From Desulfobacteraceae bacterium (GTDB taxonomy: Bacteria; Desulfobacterota; Desulfobacteria; Desulfobacterales; JALSRD01), in the NCBI GenBank assembly GCA_027061725.1, contig JAMOVG010000129.1:1-50294 (forward strand): a stretch of 50,294 bases of DNA, in the 5' to 3' direction. The notes below the pieces were generated by a model. The model searched no databases. It saw only the letters and a program-made list of their open reading frames with translations, and had not been told where the DNA came from. The position numbers and the translations under genes were made by a program. Below are positions 1-7,961 of the stretch, one piece after another. Positions within the stretch are counted from its first letter, which is position 1; each line of letters begins with the position of its first letter.

Positions 1-5
1 CGAAA

Positions 6-482
6 GTGTTGAGAGAGGCGGGTTATCTGGCCGCTTTCAATTCAAGCATTACGGCAACGGATCGACAGGAGTTGCCCGAAAGCGAGTACAAACGGCCGGC
101 CACGAAAGTGTATCATGACTTTCCATTATTCCTGCGCCGATACCCGAAGGACCAGGCCGATTTCGTTCGGGACATCCAGTTGGGGCGCCCGATCATTGTT
201 GTAGAACACCATACCGCATTCAAAAACGGGTACCAGAACATCACGGAGCTGGTCGATTGGATCAACACCCTGGGCAAAATCAGATGGACCTCCCTGTTGA
301 ATATCGCGGAATTTTATCTGAGGGAAAAGGCGCCCAGTATTCGCCAGAACACCGGCCCACCACCGGAAAGGCTGCGTGCCAGGCTGAAAATCGCCGCAAG
401 GCGCAGACTTTCCGAAGTTCGAGACAATTTCGTTGAAACTAATGAACTGATGAGCAGGATTTACAGGCTTATTAGAGGATAG
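6..482 (+). CDS. C-terminal part of a hypothetical protein (5'-truncated at window edge), possibly polysaccharide-deacetylase-like
   Basis: The frame is open from the window edge. The ORF is visibly more AT-rich at third codon positions than the rest of the window. Motifs FPLFLRRYP and IIVVEHH are present, but the function is not secure. Confidence 0.6.
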   Translation: MLREAGYLAAFNSSITATDRQELPESEYKRPATKVYHDFPLFLRRYPKDQADFVRDIQLGRPIIVVEHHTAFKNGYQNITELVDWINTLGKIRWTSLLNIAEFYLREKAPSIRQNTGPPPERLRARLKIAARRRLSEVRDNFVETNELMSRIYRLIRG

Positions 483-633
483 CGCTTTTCCGTTTTTGCC
501 CCAGTGTTTTTCACCATCCAACATTTTTGCAGGCCCACTCCCCCAAACGATGTAAACTTCAGTCGCCTCGCATATCGTTCAGCGTAAAAATTTTCTGTGC
601 ATTTTAGGCTTTATCTGATAATAGGGGGGCCGT

Positions 634-1236
634 ATGCGGGTCCCCTCTAAAATCGAGTGCTATGAGCTGATCTGTCGGATGGAGATGATGGATCACATCG
701 TGGCGCACTCGCTGAAGGTCTGCCAGGTGGCGCTGGCGCTGGCCGACGGGCTGGCCGAGGAAAACATGGGCTTGAATCGGGAGCTGATCCAGGCCGGGGC
801 CCTGCTGCACGACATCACCAAGACGCGCAGTTTCGCCACCCGTGAGAATCATGCCGAAAGCGGGGGGGAACTGTTGGCGGAACTGGGTTTTCCGGGCGTG
901 GGCGACATCGTGCGTCAGCATGTCAAGCTGGACAGCTACCCCGGGGGCGTGCTTTTCAGCGAAGCCGAAATCGTCAACTATGCCGACAAGCGTGTGCTGC
1001 ATGACGAGGTCGTTCCCCTGGACCGGCGCATGCAATATATCGTGGAACGATACTGCCACGGGGAAGACGACCGTCGGCGGGTCGGCTGGCTGTGGGAAAA
1101 AACCCGCGGCCTGGAAGCGCGGCTTTTCGAGCGCCTGCCTTTTGCGGCCGGCGAACTGGAAAGCCGGGTGGCGGCAAAAGAGCACCGCCGAGAACTGGAA
1201 TCTTACCGCGCGGCGTGCCTCGGCGACAGCGGCTGA
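634..1236 (+). CDS. HD-domain (HDIG) phosphohydrolase
   Basis: HS..V, GALLHDITK, H..., RQH and YADKR metal-binding motifs; GGGGGG RBS upstream. Confidence 0.85.
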   Translation: MRVPSKIECYELICRMEMMDHIVAHSLKVCQVALALADGLAEENMGLNRELIQAGALLHDITKTRSFATRENHAESGGELLAELGFPGVGDIVRQHVKLDSYPGGVLFSEAEIVNYADKRVLHDEVVPLDRRMQYIVERYCHGEDDRRRVGWLWEKTRGLEARLFERLPFAAGELESRVAAKEHRRELESYRAACLGDSG

Positions 1237-1298
1237 AGCCGCTCCCTGTGGCCGGAGATCACGGTCGGCGGACCAGGGGTGGTGATTCGGAGAGTGTT

Positions 1299-2762
1299 AT
1301 GTATCGTGAAGACTATATCAATTCGCTGCGCACCGAGCTGCTGGGCATGGTGCGCGACTATCTCACGCCGGTGGCCGTCAAGTACGGCTACAGCGAGGTG
1401 CCCCTGGAAACCAACATCAAGTGGCGCCCGCTGGTGCTGTTCCTGGGCAACTATTCCTCGGGCAAATCGACCCTGATCAACGAGTTCCTGGGCGCCGAGA
1501 TCCAGGCCACCGGCCAGGCGCCCACCGACGACTCCTTTACCGTCATCACCTACGACGAATCGGCCGATAAAAGTGACGAGATCCGTATCACCGAGGAGCG
1601 CGACGGCAAGTTTCTGCTCAACGACCCGGAGTACCCCTTTGAGAGCCTGAAGAAACACGGCCAGCGCTTTGCCGCCCACTTCCGCCTCAAAAAGGTCAAC
1701 TCGCCCTTTTTAAAGACCCTGGCCATCATCGATACACCGGGCATGCTGGACAGCATCACCGAGCGGGACCGGGGGTATCGCTACCAGGAGATCATCGGCG
1801 ACCTGGCCCAGATCGCCGATCTGGTGCTGGTGCTCTTTGACCCCCACAAGGCCGGCACCGTGAGAGAGGCCCACGAGAGCCTGCGCGAGACGCTCCCGGC
1901 CAAGACCTTCGAAGACCGCGTGCTGTTCGTGCTCAACCGCATCGACGAGTGCGCTTCCCTCGACGATCTCATCCGTGTATACGGCACCCTGTGCTGGAAC
2001 CTTTCGCAGATGACCGGCCGCAAGGACATTCCCATGATCCGGCTGACCTATTCGCCCAATGCGGCCGTGTCCACCCCCGTCTCGCCTGACCGCGACACGG
2101 GCTACCTGCGTTATCTTGAAAACCAGCGCGAGGAGATCCGCGAGGCCATCCTGGAGGCGCCGCGCCACCGCCTGGACCACCTGGCCACCTTCGTGGAAAC
2201 CCACGGCGAGCGCCTGTCGCACTTCCTGGAGGGGTTGGCCAACTACCGGCGTCGGCTGCGCATCTTCCGGGCCAAGCACGTCTTCGTCGGCGTGGTCGTC
2301 AGCCTGCTGGCCGGGGCCGCCGCGGTGGGCGGGGCCATGCTGAGCGGCCTGTTGCCCGGTCCCGACCCCGTCATCATGGGGGCGGGCGGCGGCGGTGTGG
2401 CGCTGATCGTGTTCCTGCTGTGGATGACCCTTTTTCAGAAATTTTTCAAGGGCCGTTTCCACCGGCGCCAGATGAAGAACCTGGACAATCTCACACCGCT
2501 GGAAAACCAGACCCGGCGCGACAGCTGGGAGGCCGTCCGCGACCTGGTGGCGCGCTACCTGGAAAAGACCCGCGGGCGTTATTCCTACGGTGATGTGCGC
2601 CGCAATTACAGCGTCGTGCGCATGGTGTACGACAAGGGATCACGGGAAATCCGGGAGGCGCTCAACGAACTGGCCGCCGGCGGCCACACCCCGGTGCCCG
2701 GGCCTGCCCCTGAAAAAGATGCCCCCGCCGGCGAAGTGCGGGCGGAGGCCGCCGCAAACTAA
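1299..2762 (+). CDS. Dynamin-family, EHD-like P-loop NTPase with a C-terminal transmembrane hairpin
   Basis: G1 GNYSSGKST, G2 PTDDSF, G3 IIDTPG, G4 VLNRID; two hydrophobic helices (VFVGVVVSLLAG..., GVALIVFLLWMTLF). ATG at 1299 follows GGAGAG. The ORF extension to 1092 overlaps the HD gene. Confidence 0.85.
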   Translation: MYREDYINSLRTELLGMVRDYLTPVAVKYGYSEVPLETNIKWRPLVLFLGNYSSGKSTLINEFLGAEIQATGQAPTDDSFTVITYDESADKSDEIRITEERDGKFLLNDPEYPFESLKKHGQRFAAHFRLKKVNSPFLKTLAIIDTPGMLDSITERDRGYRYQEIIGDLAQIADLVLVLFDPHKAGTVREAHESLRETLPAKTFEDRVLFVLNRIDECASLDDLIRVYGTLCWNLSQMTGRKDIPMIRLTYSPNAAVSTPVSPDRDTGYLRYLENQREEIREAILEAPRHRLDHLATFVETHGERLSHFLEGLANYRRRLRIFRAKHVFVGVVVSLLAGAAAVGGAMLSGLLPGPDPVIMGAGGGGVALIVFLLWMTLFQKFFKGRFHRRQMKNLDNLTPLENQTRRDSWEAVRDLVARYLEKTRGRYSYGDVRRNYSVVRMVYDKGSREIREALNELAAGGHTPVPGPAPEKDAPAGEVRAEAAAN

Positions 2763-2853
2763 ACTTCCCCTGCCGCAGTGCCGATAATCCTCTCGGGATG
2801 TTCCCGGCGGACCCGGTCCGCCATGGAAACCAATTAACCTCCAGGGGGGATTC

Positions 2854-3468
2854 ATGGCTTTTAGAAAAACATTTCTGGTGATCGTCTCCGTGGCACTGAT
2901 CTGCGGTGTGGCGGCAAGCGCTTCGGCCTTCAGCGAGGAGGGCATCTACGACATGCTCGAGAACGCCTACCAGTTCTGTCCGCCCGCGCTCAAATCCTAC
3001 CTGCAGCAGAACCAACAGTACGTGCGCTGGGGAGCGGGCATTGCTACCCGCTGGGAGCGCGTACGCTTGGACCCGTGGGAACTGGAGGCGATCTACCGGA
3101 AGCTGGTGGCCAACCTGAAAAGCGGCAAGGCCGGAGAATTCCAGACGGCCAAGCGATTCGGCGTGCTGGCCGGCTTCGTGGCGGAAACCATTCTGCCGGG
3201 GCCCGTTTACATCAACCGCCTGGACTACGAGCCGGTCAAGGTGGTTTACGAAGGCTACGCCCAGCGGCCCGACCTTAAGTCCCGCATCGCTTACCTCATG
3301 GTGCAGTACCGCGCCAAACACGCCTGGGACACTAACCCTGAATCCCTCCAGCCGCTCTACCAGAAGGCGGTCAACGAGATCGTGGACCTGTGGGTATCGG
3401 CCTGGAAGGAGGCCGGCCTGGATATTTCTGGGGTGGCCGAACGCGGGACAACGGTCGCGACCCGCTGA
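2854..3468 (+). CDS. Secreted alpha-helical hypothetical protein
   Basis: Signal peptide ending ASA-F; GGGGGG RBS; strong GC3 codon bias. Confidence 0.8.
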   Translation: MAFRKTFLVIVSVALICGVAASASAFSEEGIYDMLENAYQFCPPALKSYLQQNQQYVRWGAGIATRWERVRLDPWELEAIYRKLVANLKSGKAGEFQTAKRFGVLAGFVAETILPGPVYINRLDYEPVKVVYEGYAQRPDLKSRIAYLMVQYRAKHAWDTNPESLQPLYQKAVNEIVDLWVSAWKEAGLDISGVAERGTTVATR

Positions 3469-3478
3469 GTTTTCCGTT

Positions 3479-3775
3479 CTACCCGCGCCCCCCGGCGCAC
3501 AGATCCCGGATTTCCAGGAGCGTTTCCCGGATCTCGGTGAGTAGCTGCTGGTGGCCCTGGGGGGGCGGCGGGGCCTCGACGATGGTGAAGGGAAGGGGCG
3601 GGGGATCGGCCGGTTCGTCGGCGGGCGGCATCAGCGGCAGTTCCGGCTGGGCGTAGCGCCGGAAGACCACGCAGCTCCTGTTCCAGCGGCATCTGCGGCA
3701 CACCGAGACGTGTTTCTTGGGGTGGCCCTTGCGCCGGGTGCAGGTCAGGTACACATCCTTACGGTTGGTCTCCAT
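3479..3775 (-). CDS. Small Cys-containing hypothetical protein
   Basis: C..CxxC..C motif, Pro-rich linker, C-terminal amphipathic helix. It fills the gap downstream of the PilZ gene. Confidence 0.6.
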   Translation of the reverse strand: METNRKDVYLTCTRRKGHPKKHVSVCRRCRWNRSCVVFRRYAQPELPLMPPADEPADPPPLPFTIVEAPPPPQGHQQLLTEIRETLLEIRDLCAGGRG

Positions 3776-3793
3776 GGGCGTGAACCAATCGTT

Positions 3794-4174
3794 TCAGAGC
3801 GGCTCCTTTTTGATTACCTTCTTGAACTTGATGCCGATCTCCTGGGCGCTGATGCGCACGATTTCCCCGATGATGCGGGTGTACTGTTCTTCTCTGGGAA
3901 AAGGCACCGACAAGGTAACTTCCTGGCCCATGCTCAAGTCCTCACGCTTTTTGCGGGTCTCGATGAGCAGGCCGCCCAGGCTGATGTTGCGGATGAAGTC
4001 CTTGTAGATACGATCCCCGCCCACGTATCGAACGTCGGCCAGGTAACGCTTGCGGGGATGTCTGCGGCGTTCGTTGGGGGGCCGCTTTTCAAGCTGCTCC
4101 AGGAGGATGTGGCGCTCCTCCTCGGACATCTCCTCGATGATAGTGATCAACCGCTCCCGCGTGCTCTGTTCCAC
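3794..4174 (-). CDS. PilZ-domain protein (c-di-GMP receptor)
   Basis: RRRHPR (RxxxR) and NISLGG (D/NxSxxG) motifs; GTG start behind a GGGGG RBS. Confidence 0.85.
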   Translation of the reverse strand: MEQSTRERLITIIEEMSEEERHILLEQLEKRPPNERRRHPRKRYLADVRYVGGDRIYKDFIRNISLGGLLIETRKKREDLSMGQEVTLSVPFPREEQYTRIIGEIVRISAQEIGIKFKKVIKKEPL

Positions 4175-4209
4175 TGGCACCGCCCCCTTTCCACGCTGTT
4201 TCGAGACCC

Positions 4210-4347
4210 GGAACAAATTGATGCCACGATCCAGCCGGCCTTTTGGCCGTGTTCCGCGCTGTATCAGTAGCCGCAACCCAGAGGTTGTGCCTGCTGATGC
4301 GCTTTGAACACGAATAAAAATCCGGCACCCTGGTTGTGGATTTGTCC
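4210..4347. repeat. Long imperfect palindrome (REP/MITE-like element or structured RNA)
   Basis: Nested arms: ggaacaaat/atttgtcc, ccacgatccag/ctggttgtgg, cgtgttc/gaacacg (4248-4254/4306-4312), atcagtag/ctgctgat, gcaacc/ggttgt. Confidence 0.6.
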
Positions 4348-4383
4348 ATTGCATGCCCCTACTGGACGCTGGCATTTTCTTAC

Positions 4384-4413
4384 TGTATACTCAATACCAT
4401 CGGGGTATGTCAA
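4384..4413 (-). promoter_or_regulatory. Putative sigma70 promoter for the PilZ gene
   Basis: Minus strand TTGACA-18 nt-TATACA. Confidence 0.45.
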
Positions 4414-4521
4414 ATGGGGGCGGTCGGTGGGCAGCGGCGGGCCCGGTTTCGGTGGAGTCGGTTCGCTGCTGCAGTTTTACAAGGGCCACAGATGCTGACT
4501 GCAAGGCACAAGGGCGCAAGG

Positions 4522-5037
4522 ATGCAGGGGGAGATCGACAGGGGTTTCCGGAATCGGGTTGCCCCGGGATTGCGGATGGCGGTGGCGGCTGTGCTGCTCC
4601 TGGCGGGTTGTTCGACGAACCGGGTACCGTTGATACGACTCTATGGCACCGGGCCGGAGACCGGGGTCGAGAGGCAGCTGCGGCAAAACGCCCGCAAGTG
4701 GCTGGGGGTTCCCTACCGCTACGGCGGCGACAGCCGCCGCGGCATCGACTGTTCGGCGCTGGTGGCCAGGCTTTACGACGCCACCTTCGACGTCAGGCTG
4801 CCGCGTACCGTGCGCCGGCAGATGGCGGCGGGGCAGCCGGTGGGAAAACGGCCGCTGGCGCCCGGCGATATCGTTTTCTTCAAAACCGGCTTCCGAAACA
4901 TTCACGTCGGGGTCTACCTGGGCCGTGGCGAGTTCGTGCACGCCTCCAGCCGCAAGGGGGTGATCGTTTCCAGTATATTCAACCAGTACTGGCGCCGGCA
5001 CTACCTGGCCGCACGCCGGGTCGTCGCCGAGCGCTGA
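4522..5037 (+). CDS. NlpC/P60 (C40) peptidoglycan endopeptidase lipoprotein
   Basis: Lipobox LLAGC; PYRYGG, GIDCSA, GDIVFF, HVGVYLG and FVHASS motifs. The start could alternatively be 4576. Confidence 0.9.
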   Translation: MQGEIDRGFRNRVAPGLRMAVAAVLLLAGCSTNRVPLIRLYGTGPETGVERQLRQNARKWLGVPYRYGGDSRRGIDCSALVARLYDATFDVRLPRTVRRQMAAGQPVGKRPLAPGDIVFFKTGFRNIHVGVYLGRGEFVHASSRKGVIVSSIFNQYWRRHYLAARRVVAER

Positions 5038-5160
5038 TTTTACCCGGACGCCGCCGGTTGCGTCCCGGCAGAGGTTGCAAAACAGGCGGGTACGTTTTAT
5101 ACCTCAAATCATCGACGGCACGAAAATCCGGATTTCAAGCGCTTCAATCGGGGAGGCACC

Positions 5161-5634
5161 ATGGGAACCAAGGCCAGGGATGTGATGGACAGCCATTTTC
5201 ACACCCTTTCTCCGCAGCACACCATCGCGGAAGCCGTACGGCTCTTCCGCGAGGCCGGCCACAGGGAGGGCAAGCGGATATTCGGCATGATGGTGACCGA
5301 CGATGACGGCCGCTTGCAGGGGATGCTCTCCATGTACGACATCCTGCTGTTCATCCGACCCAAGCACGTGCACATCTGGGGGGAGATGGAGGACATCGAT
5401 ATAGAGGGGCTGCTGGAAAGCATCTTCAGGAAGGCGGCCGCCATTCTGGTCGGGGATATCATGACCACCGACGTGGTGACCATCGGTCCGGATACCCACG
5501 TGATGATGGTGCTGGACCTGATGATCAAGAAGCATATCCGACGCCTGCCGGTGCTGGAAGACGACCGCATCGTGGGGATGGTCTATATTTCGGATCTTTT
5601 TTCCTATTTTTTCAAAAACCTTTCCCAGATATAA
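5161..5634 (+). CDS. CBS-domain pair protein
   Basis: ARDVM, GMLSMYDIL, VGDIMT, RRLPVL..GMVYISDL; GGAGG RBS. Confidence 0.9.
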   Translation: MGTKARDVMDSHFHTLSPQHTIAEAVRLFREAGHREGKRIFGMMVTDDDGRLQGMLSMYDILLFIRPKHVHIWGEMEDIDIEGLLESIFRKAAAILVGDIMTTDVVTIGPDTHVMMVLDLMIKKHIRRLPVLEDDRIVGMVYISDLFSYFFKNLSQI

Positions 5635-5656
5635 ATTGTCCCGGGGTTGACGCATC

Positions 5657-6559
5657 ATGGCGATTTCCGGTAAACGCAACGTCCTGAGCGGACTGAAAGT
5701 AAAAGAGGCCATGCGCCGGCAGGTCATCCACCTGCCCAAGAGCGCCTCGCTGAGCCAGTGCATCGGCACTTTCATCAAGTTCAAGGTCAACGCCGTGCTG
5801 GTGACCGATGAAGACGAGCAGCCTGCAGGGGTGGTTTCCAAAACGGACCTCATGGGGGCCTACTATGCCGATCTGCCCATCGACAGCCCCCTGGAGATGA
5901 TCATGGTGGGGCCGCCACTGTTCTGCGGCGAGGAGGATTTCCTGGAGGATTCGCTGGACATCATGTACGGCAGCGGTATTCACCGCCTGTACGTGCGCGG
6001 CGGCGAGGAGAATGCCGTCACCGGCGTGCTGGCCTACCCGGACATCGTGGGCCTGCTCTACCGCTACTGTCGCAACTGCAAAATGAGCTCCTACCGGCGC
6101 GGCGGTGAGATGGACTTCCGCGAGGTAATGGGGCAGATTCGGGTAAGGGAGGTAATGGGGCCCTCGGTGAAATCCCACCGGGAGGGCGAAAGCCTGCTGG
6201 AAGTCATGGAGGGGCTTTCGGCGCACCGTTTCGGGGCCGTTCTGATCCGCAACGATGCCGAAGAGCCAGTGGGCGTGCTGTCCAAGTCGGATCTCATTGT
6301 GGCCTACAAGCATGGCGTATCCACGGATGTGCCGGCCTCGGAGGTCATGGCATCGCCCGTGGTTTCCTGCGACGAGGAGGAGTTGCTCTCGGGCGCCATC
6401 CAGCGCATGATATTCACCGACATCCACCGGCTCTTCGTACACCGCAAAGATCCCCGGGAGATCACCGGAGTGTTGTCGCTTTCCGATGCGGCCCGCGCGC
6501 GTTCCGGCTCCTGCCACGCCTGCGTGACCAGCCGCATCAAGGTGGAGCAGGCGACATGA
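5657..6559 (+). CDS. Four-CBS-domain protein with two CxxC motifs
   Basis: Two internally duplicated CBS pairs (GVVSKTDL/GVLSKSDL; IHRLYV/IHRLFV), each followed by CxxC (CRNC, CHAC). Confidence 0.85.
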   Translation: MAISGKRNVLSGLKVKEAMRRQVIHLPKSASLSQCIGTFIKFKVNAVLVTDEDEQPAGVVSKTDLMGAYYADLPIDSPLEMIMVGPPLFCGEEDFLEDSLDIMYGSGIHRLYVRGGEENAVTGVLAYPDIVGLLYRYCRNCKMSSYRRGGEMDFREVMGQIRVREVMGPSVKSHREGESLLEVMEGLSAHRFGAVLIRNDAEEPVGVLSKSDLIVAYKHGVSTDVPASEVMASPVVSCDEEELLSGAIQRMIFTDIHRLFVHRKDPREITGVLSLSDAARARSGSCHACVTSRIKVEQAT

Positions 6560-6669
6560 AGAGAAAGGCAGAGAGTCACCGCAATACAGACAAGCGGGTC
6601 AGGATGTAAAAGCAATCCAATGAATGTTGCACAGCTTCCTACAAAAACGGATACTTGACAGCTTATATT

Positions 6670-7488
6670 ATGACCAACGGCGTTGATTATTATAAGGTTC
6701 TGGGCGTGGACCAGAAGGCCGATACGCGGCAGATCAAGGAAGCCTACCGCAGGATGGCCTTCAAGTTCCACCCGGACCGCAACAAGGACAACCCGACGGC
6801 GGCCGAACAGATGAAGGCCGTCAACGAGGCGTACGCCGTGTTGTGTGACCCGGCCAAACGGCAGCGCTACGACCAGATGCGGCAGCAGTTCGGTTCCGAC
6901 GCCTACAGCCGTTTCCGAAACGATTTCAGTGACCAGGATATTTTCAGCGGATCGGACATCCACGCCATTTTCGAGGAGGTGGCCCGCAGTTTCGGCCTGC
7001 GGGGCTTCGACGAGATCTTCAAGGAGTTTTACGGTGCAGAGTTTCGCACTTTTGAGGTGAAGAAACCGGGATTCTTCGGCGGGGGCTTCATTTTTACCGC
7101 CCCCGGGGGCCGGAACCGGCAGCAGCGTGCGGGGCAGGCTCAGCGGCAGGTGCCACGCATGGACGGCCTGGGACGGTTTTCGCGCTACCTGCTGGAAAAA
7201 GTTTCCGGGATCAAGATCCCCCAGCGGGGGGCCGATGTCCACGACGTCATTCAGATCAGCGAGGAACTGGCCCGCAGCGGGGGGCCATACGCCTATTTCC
7301 AGCGTAAGCGCAAAAAGAAGCTGGTGGTCAAGATCCCTGCGGGGATCCGCGACGGACAGCGGATTCGGCTGGCGGGCATGGGCGAGCCGGGCAAGGCCCA
7401 GGGGCCGGACGGCGACCTGTTCCTGAAGGTGAAGATCAAGAAGCCGCTGCTCTCGAAGCTCAAAGCCATGTTGATGACCAGGCGGTAA
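6670..7488 (+). CDS. DnaJ/CbpA-like J-domain co-chaperone
   Basis: DYYKVLGV, HPD motif, G/F-rich region, partial C-terminal domain (KIPAGIRDGQRIRLAGMG); no zinc finger. Confidence 0.9.
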   Translation: MTNGVDYYKVLGVDQKADTRQIKEAYRRMAFKFHPDRNKDNPTAAEQMKAVNEAYAVLCDPAKRQRYDQMRQQFGSDAYSRFRNDFSDQDIFSGSDIHAIFEEVARSFGLRGFDEIFKEFYGAEFRTFEVKKPGFFGGGFIFTAPGGRNRQQRAGQAQRQVPRMDGLGRFSRYLLEKVSGIKIPQRGADVHDVIQISEELARSGGPYAYFQRKRKKKLVVKIPAGIRDGQRIRLAGMGEPGKAQGPDGDLFLKVKIKKPLLSKLKAMLMTRR

Positions 7489-7572
7489 GAGGAAAGGGGC
7501 AAGGGGGCAAAAGTAAGCGCCGTCATTGAAGATCAAAAACGCAGAATGGCAATTGATGATAAGGAGGCTGGC

Positions 7573-7869
7573 ATGGCGGTAAAAATTCTGATTAAGCGCA
7601 ACGTTCCTCAGGACAAGGCCAAAGAGATGATCCGCCTGTTTCGGCAGATGCGTTCCCTGGCCACCGAACAGCCGGGCTACATTTCCGGTGAAACCCTGAA
7701 GAGCCTGGACAAACCGGACCTGTTCCTGGTGATCAGCACCTGGCAGTCGTCCGAGGACTGGGAAAAGTGGCTGATTAACGAGGGGCGCCAGAAAATCCAG
7801 AAGGAGATCGACGCCCTGCTGGGCGGCAATACCCAGTACGAGATGTACCACTACGGTTTTTCGGAGTAG
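7573..7869 (+). CDS. Antibiotic biosynthesis monooxygenase (ABM) family protein
   Basis: QPGYISGETL and VISTWQS.EDWEKW patterns; AAGGAGG RBS. Confidence 0.85.
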   Translation: MAVKILIKRNVPQDKAKEMIRLFRQMRSLATEQPGYISGETLKSLDKPDLFLVISTWQSSEDWEKWLINEGRQKIQKEIDALLGGNTQYEMYHYGFSE

Positions 7870-7930
7870 GGTAAAGGCAGGGCACAGAGGGGGAACTGCA
7901 AGGGCCAAAGGCACAGAGGCACAAAGTGCC
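7870..7930 (+). repeat. Degenerate 8-bp-period purine-rich repeat ((A/G)AGGCACA)n
   Basis: agggcaca..aaggcaca gaggcaca directly after the stop codon. The same motif occurs at 7489-7520, 10841-10876 and 25652-25720. Confidence 0.6.
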
Positions 7931-7961
7931 GGTGCGGCCCTGCAGGAAAAGCGAGCAGCGT

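Noticed and set aside
1092-1298. N-terminal extension of the EHD-like ORF
   Set aside because: It overlaps the HD gene, and its Arg/Pro/Gly-rich composition is typical of off-frame sequence. There is a better RBS and ATG at 1299.
4175-4380. c-di-GMP (GEMM) riboswitch or 6S RNA before the PilZ gene
   Set aside because: There is no GGCAAA..GAAA..GACGCAAA signature on the sense strand. The rod is short for 6S RNA and not in the usual context. It is kept only as an unexplained structure.
6500-6530. Heme c binding motif in the CBS protein
   Set aside because: The sequence is CHACV, not CxxCH, and the protein has no export signal.
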